A program made the translations under genes and the position numbers. A stretch of DNA of 63,810 nucleotides, counting the filler, from Craspedostauros australis (taxonomy: Eukaryota), in NCBI GenBank assembly GCA_030167865.1. It is 6 parts of 6 records of this genome, joined end to end, with 100 filler letters (N's around TTAATTAATTAA, not from the genome) between each part and the next. Parts side by side here need not be neighbours in the genome. Positions count along the whole stretch, not along the records: positions 12,598 to 21,694 come from JALAGF010004486.1; 5 more parts are not named here. One strand, 5' to 3'. Shown here piece by piece: positions 12,598 through 21,794 of the stretch; position 1 is the stretch's first letter, and each line of letters starts with the position of its first letter. The notes below the pieces were generated by a model, which was not told the DNA's origin, searched no databases, and saw only the letters and a list, made by a program, of their open reading frames with translations.

Positions 12598-14087
12598 TCC
12601 CCCTTGTAGATGCATTCGATGACATGGCGGACATATTTGGGTTGGAGGTCAGGAAGAGCCACGGTGGTTTGGATGGAGTCAGTGATCGGATCAGGGACAG
12701 GGACAGCGACAGGGTCAGCGACAGGATCAGCGATAGAATCGTCCCATGACGATGACAGCGAGGATGACGATGACGGTGGGGATGATGGCTTGGTCAAAGA
12801 TAGATGGTGGATTCCAGAGTCGATCAATGTTTGAATCGATGGGACGGTGACCACGAGGACTCCGCTGTTTGCCTTGATCGGTTGTTGTCGGTCGCCTTGT
12901 CCACACAGGAAAACGATGTCTGCGTTCGCCTCGGTACGAACAGCGCTGCAACGATCTTGGCCGATGCTGATGTTGGTCGTTGTGTTGATGTTCGACTTGT
13001 TGTGCTTGGGTGTTGCTGTGGCAGTGCTTGTGATGCTTCGTTTGTGAAGCTGTAGTTGTGAGCTCAGGTGACTGAGACGCTCCATGATCGATCTCATCAT
13101 GTTGATCTGATGTGTTGGATCGATCACATCGAGGGGTGTTCTGTTGTTGTTGTTCTTGATGTCGATATCGATGTTAGCGTTGGCTGATTCAATGAGGCAC
13201 TTGACGCAGTCAGAATGACCTTCGGAGCATGCGAGATGAAGGGGAGTGTCACCATCGTTGTTGTTGCAGTTGACGTTGACCTCACACGATTCAATGAGAT
13301 ACTTGACACACTCGAGATGACCATTGTGGCATGCATCATGAAGAGGAGTGGAACCATAGTTGTTTTTGAAGTTGGCGTCGACCTTCGCAGAGTCGACGAG
13401 GTACTTGGCACACTCGAGATGGCCATATTCGCATGCATGATGAAGAGGAGTGTCACCATAGTTGTTTTTGTAGTTGGCGTCGACCTTCGCAGAGTCGACG
13501 AGGTACTTGACACATTCGAGACGGCCATTATCGCATGCCAGATGAAGAGCAGTGGAACCATGCTCGTTTTCGCAGTTGGCATCGGCCTTCGCAGAGTCGA
13601 CGAGGTACTTGGCACACTCGAGATGACCATATTCGCATGCCAGATGAAGAGGAGTGTCATCATCGTCGTCTTCGCAGTTGACATCGGCCTTCGCAGAGTC
13701 AACGAGGTACTTGGCACACTCCAGATGACCATTTTGGCATGCATCATGAAGAGGAGTGCCGCCATTGTTGTCTTTGCAGTTGATGTCGGCCTTCGCAGAG
13801 TCGATGAGGTACTTGACACACTCGAGATGACCTTCGGAGCATGCCAGATGAAGAGGAGTATTATCATCTTCGTCTTCGCAGTTGGCATCGGCCTTCGCAG
13901 ATTCGATGAGGTACTTGACACACTCCAGATGACCATTTTGGCATGCCAGATGAAGAGGAGTGTCACCATCGTCGTCTGCAACCTTGTTGACATCAACGCT
14001 TTCCTTCTGCTTCTTCCATTCTTTCAACACAGACACATCACCTGCCTTGGCAGCATCAAGGAGTTGTTGGTTCGAAACATCCAGCAT
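12598..14087 (-). CDS. Ankyrin-repeat protein with a C-terminal BTB/POZ-like domain; 3'-truncated by the contig end
   Basis: Eight 34-aa repeats (G.TPLH.AC..GHLEC.KYL). These are followed by ADIVFLCG...IKANSGVL and VALPDLQPKYVRHVIECIYKG, which resemble the start and end of a BTB domain. Confidence 0.85.
13165..13978 (-). repeat. Tandem array of about 102-nt ankyrin-coding units (8 copies)
   Basis: Near-identical nucleotide units, e.g. recurring GAGGTACTTG(A/G)CACACTC. Boundaries are approximate. Confidence 0.9.
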
Positions 14088-15224
14088 GTTGAGATGATGG
14101 TGGATGCTGGTGGATGATGGTAGATGATTGTTGAGCGTTTGTTAGTTGGATGATGCGTGAACGATGAGTGGACGATGCGTGGACGATTGTTGGATGATTG
14201 GTTGCCGAGGATGATTTTATGGCATGATGCCTGCTTTATGAGATGAAATGGTCAAGATCCAGATTGTGTGTCCCAATTCCACCAGTGCAACGACGAGCAC
14301 GTCTACGAGCACGAATACGAGTATGTACGCGTAGTTGTATGACTATGATGCCGTGTGATGAGCAGCATGCCGACGCCTCTTGTTGGTGGATTCGAGCGTG
14401 GATTTCGATACCTGGAGTAGGACTCGCACAGCATTGTTGTCTCATTGCCTCTGTCTTTCATTGTCTTTCATTGTGTTTCTCTCTCCTTCTGTCGCTTTCT
14501 TTCTGTGTTGGTCTCCATCCCTTGATCGCCATCCCTTGATCCCCATCCCACGATCGTGTCCTGCTTCGACACGGGTACGATCTATGGAGTGTTGTGGAGG
14601 AGGATCACCAGCGTGGAGTCTCAGCACCCATCATGTCCTGGTTTTGTTGGGTCATGTGGGGCACCAGGAAGTGGAGTTGGACAAGAACACTCTCCGTGAG
14701 ACGATCTTTGTGGGTTGTGGGAACAACCCAGAGATCGTGTGTGATGAGAACGGAGTATCTTCGACTCGTGGGATCGTTGAAACAGAACAATGACCATGGT
14801 CACCAATCGAAAGCATGAAGAAGGCGATCGATCAATCGTTGTGACACACATCGAGTTCGAACTGTTCGGACAGTGTTCTCATTGGTTCATGTGGTCATGA
14901 GAGGACGAGCCATGTGTTGCGATTGACTGGGTCTCGTGATGCATCCTCATCCATGTGAATGTGGTTGTGCTCCGATCCACGCAAGTAGAATACCAACTGG
15001 AGTGCTCTGTATTTGGTATTGTATTATATTATACAATAGAATAGAATACATAGTGATTCTTTGTAGTTTACGGCTTTGTGTTCATGAAGCAGCGTAGCCT
15101 TTGATATGAGTGTGATGGCAAGTGCATAGATCGTTCGTGGCGACGTGTGTTGATTTCTGTCATTGCGAAGCCACTGTGCCGAACGCTGCTGAGTCGAGTG
15201 TCATTGTTCGGACCAGCTCACATT

Positions 15225-15534
15225 TCACTTCTGCAGCTGTGCCATGAGGGTCGCCATCTGATCCTGCAGGACTTGCAGCTGCGAGGCAGCCGTCGCCTTG
15301 AGGCTGGGTCCGAGCTGCTGGATGCCATCAGTATCATTGAGCCTGATGACCTGACCATCCCCGATGTTGATCTCGAAGTTGGCGCCCTCGTAGTTTGTTG
15401 GTGACGTTTGGTTGTTGTTGCCCTTGTGCTTCTTGGTGACAGTTGCAGTAAGTTGCACTCGTACTTGGCATTGAAATCCCGGATCTTCATGCCTTCGACC
15501 GCCATCGACAGCTTGAGCATGTTGGCGATGTGTG
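15225..15534 (-). pseudogene. Truncated, frame-broken gene fragment, tentatively Borealin-like
   Basis: MLKLSMAVEGMKIRDFNAKYECNLL in one frame switches to TATVTKKHKG...QLQVLQDQMATLMAQLQK* in another frame at a repeated TGCAACT. The 5' part is replaced by an LTR. The family call is by recollected resemblance only. Confidence 0.35.
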
Positions 15535-15768
15535 TGTCAATAGGACTGAGTGTGTGAATCGATGTTGTTTGCAAATACAATACATATTATTCCATTATAG
15601 ATATAATAGAATATGTCATGATAGAATGTTAGAATGGATTGATGAGTTTGGGAGTTGCGGTCTGCCCACGTGACAGTGGCTCACCCAGCTCTGTGGGAAG
15701 ATGTGGGTGTGAGGTGTGCGCTACATTGGTGGTGGTCAAGCGAGTCACGGACGGGACTAGAATCAACA
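15535..15768 (-). mobile_element. Orphan LTR (234 bp, TG...CA) related to but diverged from the LTR of the adjacent copia element
   Basis: Both ends align with the 188-bp LTR (tgtcaataggac.gagtgtgtgaatc.atgttgtt and cgagtcacg..cggga.tagaatcaa). The flanks GTGTG and ACAAC are not a TSD. Confidence 0.85.
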
Positions 15769-15923
15769 ACAACATCACCGTCAATCACAACAACCACAAC
15801 AACAACGAATCTCACCTACGGCAAGGTTCTGGCAGTCCCCAACATTGCGCGCAAGACATCGAACAGGCTCCGACGCAGCGTCCGGCACACTTCTCTTGTC
15901 ACGGAACTTCGGCAGGTCATGCC

Positions 15924-16111
15924 TGTCAATAGGACGGAGTGTGTGAATCAATGTTGTTCGCTAATATTTATGAGAGATAGCATTGATGTATTGAGGAGTT
16001 GCGGTCTGAACCTCTGCTAGTGTCTTGCTCTGCTCTAGGGAAAAAGTGGGCGCGAGGTGCGCGGTTTGCGTACGCCGGGTAGACGAGTCACGAGCGGGAG
16101 TAGAATCAATA
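15924..16111 (-). repeat. 3' LTR (188 bp, TA...CA termini)
   Basis: Identical by eye to 21012-21199. Confidence 0.95.
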
Positions 16112-19100
16112 CACCCTCGCGTAACTCCCAACATGCTCTGTCCTGCTGTTTTGCTGCTGTCTGGAGTGGGCTTCAGGTATACTTCGCGCATTTTGCGATG
16201 ATGGGCCGTCGGGTGATGTTTCGTGAAGTAATCCGCGAGGTTGTCGGCACCGGGGGCCCAGTAGATGATGAAATGGCCTTGCTGGACTCGATCACGTACC
16301 CAGTAGAAACGCATGTCCATTGCGCGGGTTCGTCGTTGCTTCATGGTGTTGTTGACGATGCCTGATGCGGTGGAGTTGTCCGTTTTGATGGGAGTCGGTG
16401 GCTGTTCGTGGCCTAGTTCTGCGAGTGTGGTTCGAAGTGCGGTTGCTGCGTTGCAGTTCATGTACAACGCGCCGACTTCGGCTTCCGCTGCCGAACTCAT
16501 GACGTTCTGTATCTTGTTGCATACAGTGTGGATGGCCCCGTTGTTCGGGGGTGGGCAGGTGGGTGCCTTGGTGCCGTCGATGGACTTCGCGCTGAGGTAC
16601 ATGTGTCCCCCTGCCCGGCTGCGCGCTTTGGGCAGACTCAAATAGGACGCATCGCTGTCGACATGAAGTATCATATCGCTGGCTTTGTATTCTATGGTCG
16701 CGTGTGGGTGCGTGGCACAGTAGTCCAAGAGCTGTTTGACGCTGTGGGCTGTGGTCTGTGTTGCATGCGCCTGCTGTGTGGCTATGTCGCTGACTGCCGG
16801 CAGGATGGTAGGATCGACCGCTCTTGCGTAGTATAGCAGGGTGCCGACGATTTGCCGGATTCGGATGATGTCGGCTGCCGGTAGTTCTGGCGATGTGTCT
16901 TCGAGTTTTGGTTCTTGTGTTTTGGCGCCGTATTGTGGTGCCTCACATTTTGCTGGGGAGTGCTGGGGTCTCGTTGGTAGTGGGTGTTGGAATTTGTGGA
17001 GTGCCTTCTGGATGTACCCGGGCATGGAGAGCCCGACTGTGCGCTTCTCGTAGTCCCATTTGAGGCTCACTCCACAGTAGAGGTCGCCGTCCCACTCGAT
17101 GGTGCACTTGTAGATTGTCTGTAGTGCTGTGATGAGGTGCTGGGCGTGCTCTTTGCCAACGTATTTGACTCCGAAGTCATCTACTACCAGGGTGAATGTG
17201 ATCGGTCTCCAGTCGTGTTTCCACAGGCCTGGTGTGTGTGGGACTGGGCGGTATCCGAATTTCGCGAGGTGTTTTTGCAACTTCACATTCGCGATCTTGC
17301 CGGCTTGGGGGAGTCCGTACATCCCTTTGCGGACTTCGACGTATACATTGCCGTTGTGTTCGAGTTTGCGCAGCTGGTATTGCTCGATGATTTCTGGTGG
17401 TATCATCGCTACCGGCATGCGCATGTACTCATAGCGCTTCATGTCGGTGTTCAAGTAGAAGTCCTTGATGTCGATCGTCATGAAGCGCGCCTGCGGGGTG
17501 GACACGACGCTGTTGAAGAGGCATTTCGCGGTGGTGAGTTCTGCCGTTGGTGTGTGTACGTCGAAGGGGTAGTCGATGAGGTTGCCGCCAACCGTGAGTC
17601 TGGTTCGATGGGTTTCCGCTTTCTGCGGTCGTACGGCGCATACAATGCGGCCGTATGTGACAGTGCGGTCTCTTGGTACGGCGGACCGTGGTACGAAGAA
17701 GATTGTGTTGGTTGCGGCGGATGCTGGGATGCGCGTTCCGATGCCTTGGGCCAGGCGACCGATCTCGTTGGCAAATGATGTGTACCATTGCTCCGGTGTG
17801 TGGCCGTGTACTTTCCCAGCGATGAGATGCCGGTACTCGTATGCGGTTCCTGTTCGTTCGTCGATGACGGCGTTGGCTTTACTCGTGTGCTGCGACCATT
17901 GTCGCCGCTGGATTGCGCCTGTTCGCAGTCTCGTGCGTGGGATGGCCGTTGCCGGATGCGGTTGCGCGTCGTCTTCGTGGTCGGACTCGTCGTCGGAATC
18001 GTCGTCGTCGTCGGACTCGGCTTCGTCGTCTGTCACTGGTGGCGCCGTCGGGGCCACCCTCGGACGTGAATGCGTGTCTGTCGGCAGCGCTTGTGGTGGG
18101 CCGGTTTGTGTCGGGCCGCATGTCGTTGTCTGCCGTGTGTCGATGGCGCGCGTCGGTGTTGGCACCCTCGGAAGTGATGCTGTCGGTTGCGTTCCTGCGG
18201 CGGTGGCGAATATGCTCTCCAGTTGTTTCAGCGCTTGCAGTTGCTGGTCGCCGACTGGCTGTAGTGGGAGGCATGGTTTGGTGAGCGCTGCGGTGAGGTC
18301 ACTGGCGGCCTTGATGGCCAGTTCTGCATTGGTGGGCGTGGGGACGGCGCATTTGCTGGGCATCAGTTCGATGGTGTCGGTGATGCGTACCTTGCGTGTT
18401 TTGCTGCAGTACACCTTGTAGCACCGGTAGTGCTCCATGGCCGGTGCGATGTACCATCCTGCGGTGCCGTGTGGGGCCCATGTCGCTCGTTTGCTGGGCT
18501 TGTCGTGGATGACGGCTCGTGTTCCCGGAGGTGCCACTGGCGTCGCGTTGAAGTCGAAGGTGCCATGCAGTACTTGATACGCCGACACGTGTGGGTTGAC
18601 TCGCGATGGCCGCATGAGGTTGAGCGTTGCGTCGCATTGCGGGAGGAGATGACACCACAAGTTCAGCGGGAACTTCGCGTCGGCGGTGGCCAATCCTGCG
18701 ATGAAGTGGTCCTTCCAGGTTGAGATGGCTCTCTCTGCCGCGTTGCGTCGGTGGATCCCTGGCGGTACTAGTTGGTACTTGACGCCTTTGGAACGGATGA
18801 GTTGCTTGAGTTCCGCCGGTGCTTCGTTGTCTAGTTGATGAAAACATGGCGTGAGTCCGCTTCGGAGGAGAACGTCCAACATCTCGCCGCACGCTCGTGT
18901 GAGTTCGGTCGCGTGTCGGCTTTTCAGCGGGCGTGACAAAATTGCGTTCGAATCGTGATCGTAGAGTACCATGATGTATTGGTATCCGCGACACGACGTC
19001 ACTGGGAATCGGCCTGTTTGGTCGGTGTAAATTCGGCCGGAAGGCTGATACACATCCATGAACATATCGCGGGGTTCTGGCGAATTCTTGGTGGACTGGA

Positions 19101-19788
19101 CGATGTTCCCACATTTTCGCTTGGTGGACTGCGTGTTCTGGTACTGCTGTCGCAGATGGCCAGCCGCCGTCGCTTCGGAAGGTGGAAGGAATTTTCGCAC
19201 CAATTGTTCGGTGAGGCCAGGCCATGACGCAAAGAATCCTTTCTTGATCGCTGCCGTGAACGTGGATACCGCTGGGCTGAAGCAGCACTGGTGGTAATAC
19301 TTGGCGAGCTCGGTCTTGGTGGACTGGTGATGGATGTGATTGGCCAATTTTGGCGAATCCGGTGGTTTCGGTTGGATGTTAATTCGGTACATTCCGTCAA
19401 CTTGATGCCGACAGCCTGTGTGAATCGTGTTTCCGTTTTTTCGAATTCTCACGGATTCTTGGTCAAAGTCAACAGTCATGCCGTGGTCACACAGCTGTCC
19501 CACAGACACAAGCGAGGCGCTCGTGAGCTGTGGAAAAACTCTTGCTGCACATGCATGCTGTGGCACGTTGGAGATGCTGACTGTGGCTCGGTGGGAAGAT
19601 TGGATCGACGAACCGTCAGGCAGCGCAACAGACAACGGTTTATCGTCGGGTGTTCGGCCAATGCTTGGATCGGTTTGGCGCAAGAAATGACTAGTGCAAC
19701 CTGAGTCAACAATGGCAAGGGCAGGCTCACAGGGTTTTGAAGTAGTAACAGCGAAAGTTACTTGCTTACTGTGCTCCTGCCGTGGTCG
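15961..19788 (-). CDS. pol: Pol (protease, integrase, RT, RNase H), in frame with gag after a single UGA
   Basis: AIVDSGCTSHF protease motif upstream of the listed ORF start. Integrase IYTDQTG...LDNE...RNAAERAI; RT YGLPQAG and LVVDDFG; RNase H HVDSDASY, SSAAEAE, TDNSTA, NLADYFTK. No internal stops. Confidence 0.95.
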   Translation of the reverse strand, partial: RPRQEHSKQVTFAVTTSKPCEPALAIVDSGCTSHFLRQTDPSIGRTPDDKPLSVALPDGSSIQSSHRATVSISNVPQHACAARVFPQLTSASLVSVGQLCDHGMTVDFDQESVRIRKNGNTIHTGCRHQVDGMYRINIQPKPPDSPKLANHIHHQSTKTELAKYYHQCCFSPAVSTFTAAIKKGFFASWPGLTEQLVRKFLPPSEATAAGHLRQQYQNTQSTKRKCGNIVQSTKNSPEPRDMFMDVYQPSGRIYTDQTGRFPVTSCRGYQYIMVLYDHDSNAILSRPLKSRHATELTRACGEMLDVLLRSGLTPCFHQLDNEAPAELKQLIRSKGVKYQLVPPGIHRRNAAERAISTWKDHFIAGLATADAKFPLNLWCHLLPQCDATLNLMRPSRVNPHVSAYQVLHGTFDFNATPVAPPGTRAVIHDKPSKRATWAPHGTAGWYIAPAMEHYRCYKVYCSKTRKVRITDTIELMPSKCAVPTPTNAELAIKAASDLTAALTKPCLPLQPVGDQQLQALKQLESIFATAAGTQPTASLPRVPTPTRAIDTRQTTTCGPTQTGPPQALPTDTHSRPRVAPTAPPVTDDEAESDDDDDSDDESDHEDDAQPHPATAIPRTRLRTGAIQRRQWSQHTSKANAVIDERTGTAYEYRHLIAGKVHGHTPEQWYTSFANEIGRLAQGIGTRIPASAATNTIFFVPRSAVPRDRTVTYGRIVCAVRPQKAETHRTRLTVGGNLIDYPFDVHTPTAELTTAKCLFNSVVSTPQARFMTIDIKDFYLNTDMKRYEYMRMPVAMIPPEIIEQYQLRKLEHNGNVYVEVRKGMYGLPQAGKIANVKLQKHLAKFGYRPVPHTPGLWKHDWRPITFTLVVDDFGVKYVGKEHAQHLITALQTIYKCTIEWDGDLYCGVSLKWDYEKRTVGLSMPGYIQKALHKFQHPLPTRPQHSPAKCEAPQYGAKTQEPKLEDTSPELPAADIIRIRQIVGTLLYYARAVDPTILPAVSDIATQQAHATQTTAHSVKQLLDYCATHPHATIEYKASDMILHVDSDASYLSLPKARSRAGGHMYLSAKSIDGTKAPTCPPPNNGAIHTVCNKIQNVMSSAAEAEVGALYMNCNAATALRTTLAELGHEQPPTPIKTDNSTASGIVNNTMKQRRTRAMDMRFYWVRDRVQQGHFIIYWAPGADNLADYFTKHHPTAHHRKMREVYLKPTPDSSKTAGQSMLGVTRGCIDSTPARDSSTRRTQTAHLAPTFSLEQSKTLAEVQTATPQYINAISHKY

Positions 19789-20952
19789 TCACGCGGTGGT
19801 CGGTGCTCCTTCGGTGGATCCTCCCATCGTGTTGTCACGTGTGGCTTCGCGCTTGTGGCCGTGTGCTGGGTTGTTGCATGTGGCGCTGGTGTGCGACGCC
19901 GCGACCTTGTATCCGTGGGTCCAGCAGTACGAGTTGTGCTTCTGCTTGCGCTTGTTCTTCTTGCCTGCTCCGGTGTTGGTGAGCGCCACGTTGGCTTGCA
20001 TCTGGGATACCATGGTGGTGATCTCCGTCAGCTGCTTGACCAGATTGGCGTTGCTCTCGGTGAGTCTGGCGACAGTGTCGCGGTCCGCCGCGGTGGCCGA
20101 TGCCAGATTGGCCAGAGCGTCGGCGGTTTCGGTGGGCGAGATGACAGCATTGGCGCTTTGGTAGTCGCCGCCTGCTGTCGTCGCTTGGGTCTCGCGATGG
20201 TCTTGGTGTGCGGCGGCAAAGTCCGTCTTGAATCTTGCCCATGTCTTGTCGGCGGCACGGAGAGCGCGGAAAGAACGGCATGCTTCGGGGAACACTTGCG
20301 TGCGAAACACCAGGTTGTACGCGGTGGTGACAAGCTGATGTTCGGAGTACGGGGTCTTGGCTGCGGCGGCAAGATCTCGTGCCGACTCGATCTGTGCGAC
20401 GAGGACTTCGAACGGCGTTGACGGATCGTAGGGCGCCTTCATGTTCTTGTCGTTCTCGTCAAGGTCTTGCGGTGTGATCTTCTCGTACGTGCTGTACAGG
20501 TGTGTCAGGAGCTCGAGCGTGGTTACGTTGGCGTACCCTACGATGTTGTGTCGTAGGGTTCGTACGTACTGGTCCTCGACCGCGCCAAGAAGCTGCTGCT
20601 TGAGGGCGTTGTCGACGGCGCGGTACTCTCGCCAGAGGCGCTCCTGTTCCTTGTGGATGCTGGTGGCTGCGCTGATCTGGGCTGCTGTAGCCGCGTTCGG
20701 GATGTTCGGATGTGGTCCTGGGTTGGCTGGCACGACGAAGGCTGCGGTGGACTGCTCTTGAAAGATATCGTCAGAGACGGTGAGTACCAAGTAGCCGAGC
20801 TGTCCATTGCCGAGGGGGCAATGTACAGAAGCTGCGTTTGCGTTGAGTACTACGTTGAGCTCTGCGATGGTCTCGTAGGTGGGCACCCCGACGATGGGTT
20901 CGACGACGGCTTGCGGAAAGGTCGCGAGGATCTTCTCGTGGCTGTTGGCCAT
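19789..20952 (-). CDS. gag: Gag of the copia element (387 aa)
   Basis: Begins 59 nt after the 5' LTR. C-terminal YCWTHG...HTSATC...GH...NTMGGS Cys/His motif typical of diatom copia Gags. Confidence 0.92.
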   Translation of the reverse strand: MANSHEKILATFPQAVVEPIVGVPTYETIAELNVVLNANAASVHCPLGNGQLGYLVLTVSDDIFQEQSTAAFVVPANPGPHPNIPNAATAAQISAATSIHKEQERLWREYRAVDNALKQQLLGAVEDQYVRTLRHNIVGYANVTTLELLTHLYSTYEKITPQDLDENDKNMKAPYDPSTPFEVLVAQIESARDLAAAAKTPYSEHQLVTTAYNLVFRTQVFPEACRSFRALRAADKTWARFKTDFAAAHQDHRETQATTAGGDYQSANAVISPTETADALANLASATAADRDTVARLTESNANLVKQLTEITTMVSQMQANVALTNTGAGKKNKRKQKHNSYCWTHGYKVAASHTSATCNNPAHGHKREATRDNTMGGSTEGAPTTA

Positions 20953-21011
20953 GGTGATGATGTTGGTCTTGGTGACCGAGATTTTTCAAACGTTTGCTAT
21001 TAGCGAACAAC

Positions 21012-21199
21012 TGTCAATAGGACGGAGTGTGTGAATCAATGTTGTTCGCTAATATTTATGAGAGATAGCATTGATGTATTGAGGAGTTGCGGTCTGAACC
21101 TCTGCTAGTGTCTTGCTCTGCTCTAGGGAAAAAGTGGGCGCGAGGTGCGCGGTTTGCGTACGCCGGGTAGACGAGTCACGAGCGGGAGTAGAATCAATA
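21012..21199 (-). repeat. 5' LTR (188 bp)
   Basis: Direct repeat of 15924-16111, followed by the TSD ATGCC. Confidence 0.95.
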
Positions 21200-21694
21200 A
21201 TGCCATCGGTGGTGGAGCAGGAGTCGCACGCATCCTTCAACTTCGTGGTCAACGGCGACGACAATAATACCAACAACAATGCCAGTCCAACATCATTCTC
21301 CCTCTTCCCATCAAGCGATATCGCATCACGTCGATCGGCCACCACTGACAACAACAACAACAATGAGAGCAACAGCAACAACAACAGGAAGAAAGGTAGA
21401 GGCAAAGGCAGAAAGCGCCCAGTCGCCAACGCTGCCGAACTGCAACAAGCCGTTCTGGACGACGGAGTCGCCTTCAAGGATGTGCAACTCGAGATCGACC
21501 TGGCCGAGAAGGACGTCCAAGACATGCTATCGCACGACGTCCTGCAAATCCTTGCCCAACGGTTCCACGATCCTTCCTCCAAACCGGGCGCCCGCAACGA
21601 CGATGCCAGCGTCGCACTCGCCATCGAAGGCGGCGGCATGCGTGGCTGCGTCTCGGCTGGCATGGCAGCCGCGATAGCCTCTCTCGGTCTCTCG

Positions 21695-21794
21695 NNNNNN
21701 NNNNNNNNNNNNNNNNNNNNNNNNNNNNNNNNNNNNNNTTAATTAATTAANNNNNNNNNNNNNNNNNNNNNNNNNNNNNNNNNNNNNNNNNNNN
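21695..21794. other. Artificial contig spacer
   Basis: N44-TTAATTAATTAA-N44. Confidence 0.97.

Larger units (their letters stand above)
15924..21199 (-). mobile_element. Full-length intact Ty1/copia LTR retrotransposon (CoDi-like), 5276 bp
   Basis: Two identical 188-bp LTRs; 5-bp TSD ATGCC (15919-15923 and 21200-21204); gag followed by PR-IN-RT-RH in copia order; purine-rich GCGAGGGTG immediately before the 3' LTR. Confidence 0.97.
15769..21694 (+). pseudogene. Patatin-like phospholipase gene interrupted by the copia element (pieces 15769-15923 and 21205-21694)
   Basis: Removing the element and one ATGCC copy restores the frame ...SLVTELRQVMP|SVVEQESHASFNF... The downstream VALAIEGGGMRGCVSAGM is the patatin glycine-rich motif. 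The 3' end is cut by the contig end. Confidence 0.85.

Noticed and set aside
13124..14117. Long repetitive ORFs overlapping the ankyrin gene; CRISPR-like periodicity
   Set aside because: These are shadow frames of the 102-nt coding repeat, and there is no repeat-spacer structure.
19789..19791. Selenocysteine decoding of the gag UGA
   Set aside because: No redox motif context and no evident SECIS; UGA-C plus a 3' stem fits ordinary readthrough better.
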